A stretch of DNA of 63,811 bases, counting the filler, from Intoshia linei (Eukaryota > Animalia > Orthonectida), in assembly GCA_001642005.1 (NCBI GenBank). It is 4 parts of 4 records of this genome, joined end to end, with 100 filler letters (N's around TTAATTAATTAA, not from the genome) between each part and the next. Parts side by side here need not be neighbours in the genome. Positions count along the whole stretch, not along the records: positions 1 to 30,730 come from LWCA01000356.1; 3 more parts are not named here. One strand, written 5' to 3'. Every line of letters starts with the position of its first letter. Position 1 is the stretch's first letter. Shown one piece after another: positions 13,401-26,828 of this stretch. The notes beneath the pieces were generated by a model. The model saw only the letters and a program-made list of their open reading frames with translations. It was not told where the DNA came from and did no database searches. The translations under genes and the position numbers were made by a program.

Positions 13401-16400
13401 TATTGTTCTCCATGTTTTGTTATACAGTTTATATTATTAAATTTGTTTCGAGCTCAATTTTTTTGAATTTTATAAAATTCATATTATGCAATTGAATAAA
13501 ATTTAAACAATTTTAATTGGCTATTTAGCCAGAATTCGAGAAATTAAATCGTTAATAAAATCAAAAAAATTGAGCTTGGAACAAATTAAAAATATTATAA
13601 AATATTAACTTTTTTTGCTCTAATAATAATTTATTACTTTTTAATGAAATAAATGCATCTTGTTTCAAATTTTCTATTGAATATAGTAATTGTTTGACAT
13701 TTGGCATAAATTCTTCTGACGCAGTAAATAGCAACAGATTTGAGGATATAAATAGTCCAATTATCATTCCGTAGTAATTACATATAGATCCAAATTTGAG
13801 TTTATCTCTAAATAATACTTATTATCATTAGTGATAATATTATTATAATAATACTAACCAGGTAAAGTACAATGCTATAAAAAATTATTTGGATGATTTA
13901 TAGAGAACTAACAGTAATAACACTTATATATATAAGTAAGGATAATTATTTTCCACGTATAATTTAATAGGCTTCAACATATTGAATGTAGCTGAAATGG
14001 GGTTGCTAGGAAGATGGTACGGAAGAGGTTTAGAGGTAAGAGATTATTTATTTTTGACTAAATTCTAAAACGTTGTTGTTTTACGTCGTCACTGTTTTGC
14101 GACACGACAATAATTAATTCATTTCGTAAATATTTTATTATTTTTGAGCAGTATATTATTATAAATGTTGACTCCTAAAATTTGGCATATATATTCATAG
14201 GAACGATAAAAATATATAAGTGAGCAAGCTGCTTTGAAATTTTGGTATGACTAAGTCGTCAAGTGTTCATTTCAATATGGGTGATGTAGTAAAGCATGTT
14301 GGGAAAATAGAGTTTTTATTAAAATTTGTAAATTTTTTTAGTGTAATTTCTTGGCATAATAATTAAGTCTTTATATAAATTACATAAATTAAATTTACAT
14401 CAAACAGGAATTAATTTTATTAACACAATCAAAAAACTTTCAAACTTAAGTAATCATTTTCGTGATGGTTATCACATCATCACTCCGTATTTAATCGCAG
14501 TCTTATGTTAAAGTTGTAGATAGAGTTTATCTTTTGTCAAATAAAATCAATCATCAAATCATCAGATCAAAGTATTACAAGTTGTAATACCAGGGATGGC
14601 CCACCTGTCGATCGCCAAAATTAAAAAATTAGAATTAATTTTTTATTTTAATAATACTTGACAGTAAAATGATGTCTATTTTAATAATTTAATTTAATAT
14701 TTATAAAATTTAATTGTATTTATATATTGTTAAAAAGTAGTTAATTATATGTGGAATGGGTACCGGAACTTTACTTATTTAACCTTTTTTCTAGCAATAT
14801 TATGAAATAATATACTTGCTACATTAAATTGTAATGTTTGGATTAGTCCACTATTTCTTATACTAAATTTAGCCGATAATTTTCAAATATACAGCGAAAG
14901 TGCTTCGAATTATTCCAAATTTTAATTTTTATGTTTTCTACAATCATACTTTTTAATTTTTAACATAGGTTCCGATCAGATACATTTTTCTAGTCAATGT
15001 ATTAATCAATCGCCACTCATTGATAAATTTTAAAGTCGATCGTATCAAAAATAGGTTGGGTACCCGTGCAATATACTCTAAATTAAATAATTACTGTGGA
15101 ATCATCATTAAAGACCATCCATCAACAGCAATTTCCAACGTTGCACTCATGAAATTCATTATGAGAAATATTGTCACGAGCATGTAGAAATTGCCAGTTT
15201 TGTCATTATTGTTTTTGCTAATTAACGAATCCACATTTAACGATAATAATAGAAATGTAATCGATAGTCCATACATGGAAGTTATTATCCAACTAAATGT
15301 AATTTGATTTAATAATTATTTAGTTATATTTATCGTGGATGTTTCGTTGAATCAATATCAAGGAAGTATTCATTGAGCACATCATTTTATCTCATAAAAA
15401 TATTTTTGAAAATAAAAATTTATTTGAAGAAAAATTATTTTCATGACTGTAAGCATGAATTCAATCTATTTGGCGTATTCACTCGCTTTTAGTTTAACCC
15501 TTTCATACGTGTTGTCAGATGTTGCGTTTTTTACGCATTGCTATAGCAAAAAGAGTAGAATTTTTATCTTTCTCATCGTAAAAAACTCATGTTTCTCATT
15601 TGCAAATATGAGAAATGCACTAGTAATAAAACTAGACAATTGAAATTTAATTGAAAATGTACACCAATTATCATGTAATGCAAAACATGACTTCACACAT
15701 ATTAAAATGTATACATTTTATTATTATTTGTACTTAATACTACAGCAATTAAATTGTAGTAAAAATATAATCAAATAAAATTATAAACAACAAAGATCAA
15801 TAGGACGTAATAAAGACATATTTAAGTTTTAACATTACTGATCAAAGATTTTCTCGCGCTGAAAATCTACTTAACCTATTTAATAACACGAATTATTTAT
15901 AATAATAATATATTAATTATATAATATTATAATTATATTAATAATAATTATTGATATTATTTTTGTGAACACTATTGTCCGAGCGTTTGAAAATATAAAT
16001 AAAAATTTTAAATCTGAAAAGTGTGATCCATGTCGATTATTAGATAAGTTAGAATTATTTAAAACAATATAACCAAAATAATTATCATATATATTTCTAT
16101 TGATCCTGAAGATCCCACGAATACGAAAAGTTTGGATCAGATTGGTTATTTGCCTAGAAAATTTTTAGGGGCCCATATTGGAATTAACACTAATGTACTG
16201 GTGACAATGAGATCTTTTTTACTAGGGTGTGTTCTTGAACTAAACAAACGCGTATCTTTAAATATTGTGGTTTTAAATAAAGCAAAGCCAATATCTCCCT
16301 TACATATACTAAGTGATACTTTTAATTTTGCTTCTTTACTGATAGAATTAATTGATCATTTTTAATTTTAAATTTTCAAATTAGATGAGTTTTTTACGCA

Positions 16401-19400
16401 TTATTTCATTATTTTCATTTAAATAATCAGCTAATTGTTGTTATTCTAACGATATACATATTTTTATAAGTAAAGATCTATAAAACATGTCACATTTTAA
16501 TTAGTAATTTTACTATTCTATTAAATTTTTACTCACAAAAAAACATAATGACATGTTTTACATGTCAAATAAAGTTTTTATTACATTTTTCAATTAATTA
16601 AAGCGATAAGTTAATTTTATAATTGCATTCTCACGAAACATTTAAACAAGATTTAAACCAAGAATTACACTGTCCAACACGTATACTACAAACTTATTGC
16701 GACCATCATAATTTTTTCCTAATCTCAGCGACGCTAAATTAATGGCTGGTATTCTAAATGGCCCAAAAATTAGAAAACTATTAAAAGATGTACATTTTCG
16801 ATGTACCCTTAAACTAGTGTGACCAGAAAAAAAACATACTATCACTTTTAGTTTATTTGGAATAAATTTTAAGCCGAAAATTTTTATTCGTCATCATAGA
16901 TAAGTAATTTTGGCTTTACATTTATTATCAAATAAACTAAAATTGATAGTACGTTTTTTTCTGGTCACACTAAACCTTACTTAAACCTAAACAAAAAGAT
17001 GCGTTTAATGCTTTGAAAAATGTAATCTTATTTTTTCTTGGAAACAATCGATCTGAAAATTACAAAGATTTAATTGAAGAGTTATAGATAAAATACTAAG
17101 AAATGAACTGCTTTTATAGCATAAAAATGCATTACCTAGAATGTCATTTAGATTTTTTGCGCTAAACTGCGGTATGTGGTCAGACGAAAAGGGTGAACAA
17201 TTTCATCAAACTATGATATTATATGAAAGACGTTTTGGAAGATGTAGATCATGAAATATGATTTGTGATTTTGTTTGGTGGTGTTCAACAAAAAATAAAT
17301 TTTAAATTTATCTAATTATTACTTTTTTTATAAAATATTTTTAATTGATACCTTCTTATATCTTAATTTTTGAAATTTATGTTTATCACTTACATCCTTG
17401 ATATTGAACAAGATTCGTTTAGGGGTAACTCGAAAAAGTTGATTTTACGTGTAATGTAAGTAGTAAATACAGAAAATTTTTATTTCATATTGTTTGTCGA
17501 TGTTGCCTTAAAATTAGAGTTAATTAATTAAGGTAATTAAATAATTAATGACAATTTTTTTTATACATATGTAGACGTATATGTCTATTTATCAATTTTA
17601 CCATTTGTAATATACCATATTAATTGTGAATAGACCTTACGGTGGAGTGTATTTCTTTAAAAAAAACTTTGACCCTTAATTAAATCCAAAGTCAATCTTG
17701 AAATTAATAAATTTTTTTTAAAAATAGATGTATACTAATTCACACACTGGACTGTACTCGTAATTTTTAATTGTGTACCATATGGCTTTGAAAACCCTCT
17801 ATTTTGAGCATTTATGCAAATGTAACCTCAATTTTAAATTACAAAGTTATGGAGTCAAAATTAATTTTAATACTTATGTTAACAGTGTCAACAATAAAAT
17901 ATTACTTTATGAAGAATATTTCAGTTTTTGCGCATTAGATAAAATGTTCCCATCTTTACACTTATTGAAATAAAAAATTGACTATTTTTAATATAATGAA
18001 ACTGTACATAATGATACTAAAATTAATTTTTTTGGATCATTATATTACAAATTATCATATTATTTTTTGAGGATTATTTCACGTTTTGCGTTTCATGGTT
18101 GTTTTGTCACCGAAATAAAATTTAGATAGCTCCATTTTATGTTTGTATACATGTTTAATTACGTCAAAGGGTTAAGTTTTTATGAAGTGAAAATTTTAAT
18201 ATAATTAGTGTAAACATTTCTAAAAATGAATAGTCTCGTCAGAGTTAAATGGTGTAGAAATGCATAGTTGGAAACACTATGTAAACATGTCTAATTTGGA
18301 CAAGGCAATAAAAATATTGATTGGGTCAAACTTCACTACACAAAATATGGTAATGTAGCTTGAAGTCGATTTTTATCATTACATAAAATATAGTGATGAG
18401 GCTTTAGGTCGATTTTTGTCATCACCATATTTTATGTCATAATTTACGAAAGGGTTAATACACCAATCATAATAAATGCATTTGATATTTTGATAGGTGG
18501 GCCACTCTAATGAAGATAAATATAACATGACGCATAGTTTATTTAAAACCTAAAATTTTTCAAAATATGGAATAACCTAAATTTTAAATATAAAAATTAC
18601 AATTTTCTCCGATTTATAGAAAATGGTGAAATTCCATCCACTAAAACAGACCATAAAATCGATAAACTTCCAGGTATTGTAACTAATTTAAATGCACTAA
18701 TATACGATAAAGAATAGTTGTTTCTTTGTAATTGAGTTGTAAATGCTTTGCATAGACCAAGTGGTAAGTAGATAATGGTATATAATATAATAAGTTGGAA
18801 AAATGCTAAAAAACAATCAAATTTTTTATATTTTGAATTTTTTTCAGTTAATAACGGACTTATCATTATAGATATATTAAAAGTTTTAATGGCAACTTTA
18901 ACTTTAGATTGTTTGTATGTATCAGCTACAATATATTCTTTAATTAAACAAATATATAAACTACTATATATAAATGGTATATCGAAAATGTAAATAATCT
19001 TTATTTACAAATTTATATAAAATATATTGCTAAAAATGAGATTTGTGTATCTCTGTAACCGAATTCGAACCTACCGTACATAAAAATTGTATTAGGTATA
19101 GTTTTCAATTGGGCCTTCTTGGAAAAACTTTTGTACAATGTAAGTCAAAAAACGATACGTTTCTAAACTAATCCTAGTAAATTGTACATTGAAATAGGTT
19201 CTTCAGAATTTATAAATAAAATGTAGATAATAGTCATTAATTTCAGTAATACATCAGAAATTTAAAATATAAATTGTATATAAAATGAATAATGTAAATA
19301 TTTATATATATTGTAAATATATAAATACATATATGTGAATAAAATGTACCATATTACTACAGTATAGTATACCAATGCACGGTTAGTAAGTTACCAGTGG

Positions 19401-19920
19401 TTAGTCTAACTCAGGGGTCCACAACCTGAGGCCGTAAGAGCGTTTATGTGCGGCCGTGGGTAATGCATGCCATTATAATACAATATATCATTTTACTTCA
19501 ATGTCAAGGTAATATTTATATCAAAATAGATTTAAACTCTCTCAATGTTAAATTAAATTTTGTGCGGCCGTAGTATCAATGAGTATAAAGTAGCTTTGCG
19601 GCTGAATAATTATTATATGAATAATGATAAACACTAGTTTATTTTTATTCTCTACTAATTCTGCAATTCGTTAATACTTTATACCGTTTTAATTGAAATG
19701 TTGATTTTTTGCAAAATTCAGGTATTGTAATATTAACATAGTAATCTTGTTTTAAATTGTTATTCGAAGTTAGTTAAATAGCTACAATACAATCAGTTTC
19801 GGTGAGAATGAGATTACAAATGGATTACTTTTTTGTAGAGTGTACTATTAGCACCCATTATAAAAAATAAAATTTATAATTAATTTTTCATTTACCTTTT
19901 TTCAATATTGAACGAGGCAT
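10498..19920 (-). CDS. SLC33A1: Acetyl-CoA transporter 1 (MFS); exons approx. 19920-19896 (tentative), ~18925-18600, ~15293-15094, ~13806-13637, 13133-12961, ~12188-11620, 10659-10498
   Basis: Peptides LYTIIYLPLGL...LWSVLVD...RRK, SATLEIAVDGWSL, AAENVSLIRLINYG, CDPYVGGSSM and NDGY...W are collinear with AT-1/SLC33A1 (IPLGL, LWAPLVD, ATQDIAVDGWAL, DGYY). Confidence 0.88.
10690..11604. mobile_element. Two Helitron-family segments in inverted orientation in the last SLC33A1 intron
   Basis: The 5'-terminal ACTTATATAATATGCTAYGCGATTTTTGTTTG(TG)n block is on + at about 10694 and on - at about 11600. Confidence 0.7.
14591..15068. mobile_element. hAT-type MITE in SLC33A1 intron
   Basis: Imperfect TIR CAGGGATGGCCCACCT / AGGTTGGGTACCCGTG with subterminal GTCGATCG; TSD imperfect. 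Confidence 0.5.
16690..17300 (+). mobile_element. Decayed Chapaev3-like (CMC) transposase C-terminal fragment, interrupted by a MITE
   Basis: Frame-broken peptides PNLSDAKLMAGILNGPKIRKL, FLGNNRSENY, SIKMHYLECHLDF and SDEKGEQFHQTM resemble the LSEAK.KEGIF.GPQIR / SLKIHFLHSHLD / SDEHGERFHQ family. The superfamily assignment is from memory. Confidence 0.7.
16815..16972. mobile_element. About 160-bp foldback MITE
   Basis: Long inverted arms TAGTGTGACCAGAAAAAAA...TTAGTTTATTTG / CAAATAAACTAA...TTTTTTCTGGTCACACTA. Confidence 0.8.
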
Positions 19921-20016
19921 CCTATAATAGGATTCCTATATCCACCTGTAATATTTAAAAAATATTTTGTTCTCCCATATCCAATGGGACTCTAATCTCT
20001 ACGAAATGTGTCTATT

Positions 20017-23000
20017 TCAGTTTGGTAAGATATGATAATATATAACGTATTTATTAATATAATTAATAATTCTATCATCATGAAGTATACTGGTATGATT
20101 TAATCCTTTTATATACAAAATATTTTCATAGTCGGAAACAAAATCATCACACGCGTTCAAGCCTAATTAAAAAAATTAGAAATTTTTGATTTTCTACCAA
20201 TTATTGATACAATCAGACAAAAAAAGTTGTATAATATTACTGTTTAATGGAATAGTTCCATCACCCAATGTCTTGGTAGCATATTTCAATACATCATCAT
20301 CGTTAAAATCTACATTGAAAAATTTGACAGTTTTATTGACCAGCATTGTACTATACAGACAGTGAAGTTTAACTAATTTAGTATATTTAATCCTATCCAA
20401 TAAGTTGAAAATATTTTCAATGTCAATAGAATTATAAATGTAACGTGGATATTGTTCAGGTAAAAAAATTCCAATGTCGCTCATTTTGTACATTTTATCG
20501 TCTTTAAATACGATATAATCGTCGTAGTCTTTATATAATTTGTTTGGAAACATATACGATGATGATTCAAACGTTTGTGTGATAGTGTGTAATAATAATT
20601 CTCCGTCGTCATCAGTCGTCATTGTATTTAATCCTACATGTACAATTAATTAGGGTGTCACACATATTAAAGAATCAAGGGCGATTGGTGCGTATCTAGT
20701 GTATTTTCGTGTAAAATAACATAATATAGAATGGAGTTTTCCAAAAATGCCGATTTAACTGGGTTGAACATTTTAAATCTCTCACATAAAAATTTATTTC
20801 TAAATTTAAATCAATATGAAATTTTTAATATTTTCAATTCGAAATATTCTTATATTACATAAATGAACAGATTGTGTACTAATCATCCTTAAAATTCTCA
20901 TAATTTGAAAAAAATGTGACACACTAAATATATAATAATGTATATGTTGTAAATATTCAAACATTACCCGTCATAAGCGTCAAAAGTGAAGCAGGACTTC
21001 CTCCAAGTGGGCAGGAAATTAGTATCAAGTTATCTATATGCTCCATGATAAAAGATTCGTCATATGTTGCCAACGCGTGTAAAATTTGAATACAACCAAA
21101 GGAATACGTTATAATACTTGTTCGTCTATTTTTTAGTGACTTGGATTTTTCTAGGACATTTCTTAAATTTTTTTCAATGTATATTCCTAAACTGAATGTA
21201 TTCATAATCATGTCAATAATTTACTATACCTAGTGTTTTATGTTTAGGTAGTATGCAAAATTTCAAGTTAAATTATGTAGAATCTACATTGTATACATCA
21301 GAGTAGAGACGATCCTACGATACTGCAAAACTTTTAGTATTTTTTACTATGGGTAAATCAACATAACTTACTGTTGACAAAAAGTATAAAATCCTGAAAA
21401 TGTTATATAAGGGAATATCGACTAATGAAATGGCTTCACATTTAGAACGCGATTATCGAAAAATCCAAGAAATCTACGCATTCCCGATAAAAAATAATTT
21501 TTAATATATTATCAACCAATATGTTTCAAAGATTTCGACTAAAATAAATCTTGAAAATGTAAATATTGATCCTACAATTTCATAAAAAAATTTTTATTGA
21601 ACGTCTCCACATTTCCAATAAAGAAATATGAGTGAAAATCTATATAATTCATTCCTTCGAAATTTTTTTCATTGCTATGCAGGTTTTAAATTTCAAATTC
21701 TCATTTTCAAAACATTTTGTTTCAAATTTAAACTACAATAACGAAACTAAAAGTAATACAACTTTGTTATTATCATTTTTATATTTATACAATCCTTTGC
21801 AATATTGGTAAAATTCCCTTGAAATATGTTTATAAAGTGAAGATTCGGTTAATTATTGATACATAATTGGTATTTTTAACTATTTATTAAATTGTTACAG
21901 AATATATACAAAAGTATGTCAACAATAATTAATTTTAAATTCATATAAATTAACATAAGTTTTACATAAATAAATATCTAAAGCGGTATATTAATTGTTT
22001 TTCTTCAATACTCAGGACCTTTATTGTAGTATAATCAGAAGATAGTTCTGTTTTAATTAACAATTAAATCTAAATATATACTTTGTTGACATACTTTTGA
22101 CGTGGTCATTTGATAAAATTTAAAAAAAAATTAAATTTGCTTTTGATGTTATTGATTTAAAAAATAGAAATTAGAAAGTTAATTATTAATTTAAATTAAG
22201 ATAAAAACATCCATTGCTATAATATAAATAAAAGTAAAGTTAAAAATATGAGTTGTAACGATAAAAATTTATCAAAACAATGTAAGTTTGTTCATATACT
22301 CTTGACGCTGACTGTATATCATCACTAGGGCAAGCAAAAGTCAGAAAAGTTAAAATTTAATATATATTAAATAGTTTAACATTTCCAGCATGATGGCACC
22401 AATATCTTCAATATTAATTGGCTAATTAAAATTTTAAAATTAATTAAAGTTAATACGGTTAGAAAAGTTATCATTTTTTCCAAATGTTAGAATTTTTTTT
22501 AAAAGTTAATAAAGTTAGATTTTGAAATATTCAATTATTTACATATGCATTTTTAAATTTTAAAATCTGAATCTTAATCAAATTTTAATCTAATAATCAG
22601 TTAATGCCTAAATTTCCAAAGTCGAGACAGAAAAAATTTATAATATTTTAAAAATATTTCCATTTTAAGAATATTTTTATTTTAAGAATTGTGATGTCTT
22701 AAATTATATTATAAATAAAATTAAAATTATATTAAAATGATATTATGTACAGAGTCATAGGTCGTCTGTTAAACACAAATCATTAACTTTGAATCATACT
22801 TTACAATCATATTAATCAATCAATCATTATAATCAACACATACACACACACACAAACAAAAATCGCGTAGATTTTTATATAAGTTAGGACTCTGTATAAT
22901 AAATTAAAAAATCGATAACAATTGTGTTTAAAATTCTTTACGCAAATGTTAAAAAATGTCAAAAAAAAGATTGATAATAGTGAATAGTAAAATTTTTAAG

Positions 23001-24651
23001 TTAGATTTTTAATGTGAATTTATTTTTTTAATAGAATAAAAATGTGCTCTCGGAGAGCTAGGTGCTGTTTGTACGTAGTACATAAAAATTAACCTAATAT
23101 TTATATAATTTAATTCACCGTTATAAATGTTTATCAATGCCAACCATAATCCTAATCATACCGACACTGTTCTTTTAAGTATTTATACATCTTACAAAAG
23201 TATAATGTTTATTTTAATTGTTTTAAGTTATTTTATGTTTTAAAAATCTTAAGTAAAGTATTCTATATTTTTAGAAAATTTTTAAAATTATTAATACGAA
23301 AAACATTTTTAGGGGTTGACAAAATTAAGATGGAAAGAGAGAACTGCACCCAATGATTTTTGGAACCATTGATGTAAAATGTTAATGTGTCGTTATTTAA
23401 CGTGTATATTGAATGTGGGAAAACTACAAATGTTGAATAAAATATTAAAAATGTACCTGGTCTATACCTACTATCGTATACCAATCCAAACATGTTTTCT
23501 AAATCAATTAGTCCATATTTTTTGAAATTTCTAATAATACTATAAAAGAGGGGATCTAAAAGTATACATGTATGAAATGTAAACATTAGTACCTATGAAC
23601 CTGTCAATGATAAAACTTGACATTTCGAATTCTCTGAGCCCTTTAAACCCTTTAAGCGTCTTTGCATACTTATATATTGCAATTTCGGTAGTGATATGAT
23701 TTGATGTTGTAGTTTTCTACAGTATTCGAAAATGGGCGTCACCAAAAAAAATTTTAAACTTATCATCAGTAGCGGATATATGTGGGGTGCAGGTGGGGTG
23801 AAGATGGGCGGCCGCCTCTTATGTGCAAATGTGACAAATGTGCCCTAGAATATTTTAGTTTGTGTATTAAAATTAATATTGTGAAAAATTAAACAAAAAT
23901 TGATAAAACCATCGTTACATTATTATATTATATCAGAATGTTAAGACTTAACATTAACGAGAGACAGAGAATTCTGTTTTTTAAAATTACTGATTTTACA
24001 TTAGTTAGTGTCATTGTTACTAATTACATTATTAGTATTTATAAAAATAAATGAAATATAATTATTACAAAATTTTTCCGATTTTGTAACATATTCGATT
24101 ATATCAACACTAAATTTAGGGTAATCCACTAATTTAATATCTACATTATAATAATTTCTTCCAAAGATGTTGTCTTCATTATAATATAACCTTTGCATTA
24201 ATATAAAGTAAAAATATATAAATTCAGTTACTTGAGATACTGTTCATAATACCCAAAAAAATAAAACGCCATCGTGTCAATTTTGTCTGTTTCTAAAATT
24301 GGCCATAATCTTCCCGAACTGCAAAATTTGGAATGGCAATTGTAATGTAAATTTCCTGAACCATATCCACCGACTAAGTAATCATTATTCATTTATATCC
24401 GTAAAATGAAAATGTTTACTCATAACAACAGAATTTGATTTTTCTTAATAAAATGATTATAAAATTCATGATAAATGAAAACCTTCATTCATTTTCTTAA
24501 TTCTTTTGCCTATATTTCCATAATTAACGAATTTTTAGTTGTTTTTCAAATTTTTACAGTATACAAAAATATTACTAGATTCTATGAATGTTTCATTTGT
24601 AAAGAATTTGGTGATATTCATCATTATAGACAATAGATTACAAAGAAGCAT
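20017..24651 (-). CDS. LCAT / group XV phospholipase A2-like protein, paralog 2 (5' end tentative; exons ~24443-24420, 24373-24232, 24190-24069, ~23555-23458, ~21187-20968, ~20633-20240, 20162-20017)
   Basis: Peptides SVVMIGGYGSGNL, LWP, FGLVYDSRYRP, IITYSFG, ISCPLGGS, LHCLYS, LGDGTIPLNSLNAC and NHTSIL. The Ser-Asp-His triad positions are present. Confidence 0.85.
20650..20927. mobile_element. MITE with TTAGGGTG (hATm-like) termini in an LCAT intron
   Basis: TTAGGGTGTCACA ... TGTGACACACTAA inverted ends; no TSD seen. Confidence 0.55.
21349..21470 (+). mobile_element. Tc1-like transposase N-terminal HTH remnant
   Basis: MGKST*LTVDKKYKILKMLYKGISTNEMASHLERDYRKI with an internal stop, cut off by a Helitron-family copy. 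Confidence 0.55.
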
Positions 24652-25815
24652 TATTATTTTAAAATTTACCACAATTGTTTAGGTGAATTATCTTTAATTT
24701 TTATATTATTTTAGTTTTATACCACTTTAATGTAGTTTTCATACAATACTATAATATACTATAATAATAGTATTTTATTTACGCAATTATATTACTACTT
24801 TTTAAAGAATTGATTTATTAAATCATTTGAAGAATGCAGAAAATTGGGTTATTTTATATATTTATTATTTGTTTATGTTATTCTGTATTTAAAATTATGC
24901 TAACATACAAGTTTCTATTTTCATAAAATATAATGCGGACAAATTAAGCTTGCATTTGCGTTTCTCAACCTTTTCAGTATTGGTGATGCATTATTGCGCA
25001 AATAAATCCCACATTAGAGATTGGAATTATGCATTGAATCGGAAACTAGGACGATATGACGTGTTTGGTGATAAGTTGGGTGAACTATACGTGTTATATA
25101 CTTCATGTGCAGTAGTTGCAAAATATATAAATGCTAACAAATTTCAAATGTTAACACACGCATGGTGTTATCACTGATAACAATGTATAGTTCAAAGCTT
25201 TAGTGTTTATTTCATAAATGTAGTTTTTATTCAACGGTAATGTTTTTATTTTTATTAGATAATAATAAACTCATTGGAAATGTGCAGACGTTCAATGCAC
25301 ATTTTTTTTAATTGTAGGCTCAATATTTACATTTCCAATTTTTGATTTTAATCGAAATGTTTGAAAAATATTGGTTGATAATATATTAAAAATTATTTTT
25401 CACCTGGAATGCGTAGATTTCTGAGGTTAAAATTTTTTATTTATTTCAACTGGAATAAACCCTATCAGAATACTATTATTTTTTTTTAATTTTCGGACAG
25501 TTCATTATTTCACATTTTTCGTTTTAATAAAATATTTCGGAAAAAAAATATATGAATACTAAAATGCTTTTTTGACCGTGAAGAGTCACTTATTCAGATT
25601 GAAATTTTTTTAGATTCTAGAGCTGTTTTTATTAAAAAAAAGGGTCATTTGGGGTTTAATTTTTATAAATAATTATATTTTTTTAAATTTAAATTTATGA
25701 TTTTAAAATCCGTATCAGAGTATTCTAAGACTGGTAGTTATTGAAATAAACACTAATACACACACAGACAAACACTACGTAATACTGTAGATATATATTC
25801 AAAAATAAGTTCAAA

Positions 25816-26575
25816 TCCTTACTTACTGTAAATAAAATAAAATCGTTAAAAATGTATGTCTGTCTGTTTGTTCGAGTTTATTTAAGAAACTAAGATAAAT
25901 CGAGTTTTAAAAATTCCATATTTCTATAACTGTTTTTCGAAGTATTGTTTTAACGCAAATTTCATTTTCAGAAATCGAGTCCTTCAAAGTCAAAATCCGG
26001 GATTCCCATTTTTTTTTTAAATTAAAAACTGTCCTAGCATTATAAATAATACATAATCTGATAACGATTTTAAATTCATTAACATTATGATAATGTTCAA
26101 TTTGAAAATCTTATATCTTCACGGCAAAAACTCCAAATTACCCTTTTTTGTAAACTTTAAAAAAGTTTGATTATTTTATACAACATAAATTCTTGGATAG
26201 TTTTTAAAATTATAAGCATTATCATAAATGGCAACCTCAAAAAAATGCATTTTCACCATCAAATTCATCTGGAATTTAAGCTGTTTATGAAATTTTTTAG
26301 AATTGTAATGTTTTGACTTTACTTTTAAGGTTATAAACTTATTTTCTCAAACAAATTATATAAATAAGGTATTATTAATTAAAGTAATTAAAAAGTAATA
26401 TGAAATTCAAGTTTAGGAACCACTCCATTAACTGATGGATAGTAGTGAATGTAGCATTTTTTATTTAAGAATGTGAACTTTTGTAATTGAATTTATATTT
26501 TTGGTAAAATTAAAAAAAGTCGGCTTCGGCAGAGCTAGGATGCTGTTTGTACGAAGTACATAACAGTTAAGCTAG
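25816..26575 (+). mobile_element. Apparently full-length non-autonomous Helitron
   Basis: A|TCCTTACTTA 5' end, GTCT/GTTT microsatellite, 3' hairpin CTGTTTGTACGAAGTACATAACAG and CTAG|T; no TSD. Confidence 0.75.
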
Positions 26576-26828
26576 TCGAAGTAATAATTATTTAATACGA
26601 TGGAGCGCTAATATAAAAAAATTTTAAAATTTTTCTATATTTTGGATGCATTACATTACTTTAATTATTTTATAATTATTAATTTATTTTATTGACAAGT
26701 ATTTTGAACTATTTTGTTATATTAAATCTATAATTTTACTAATGATTGTACTCAATTTACACGGAATGTTAATACAATAACAGCTATAGTATCACTGTTT
26801 AATTTAGAATTTAAATAATGTAGTCCCA

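Noticed and set aside
18160-18460. piggyBac-like AGGG|TTAA ends and short repeats
   Set aside because: No paired left end or transposase identified.
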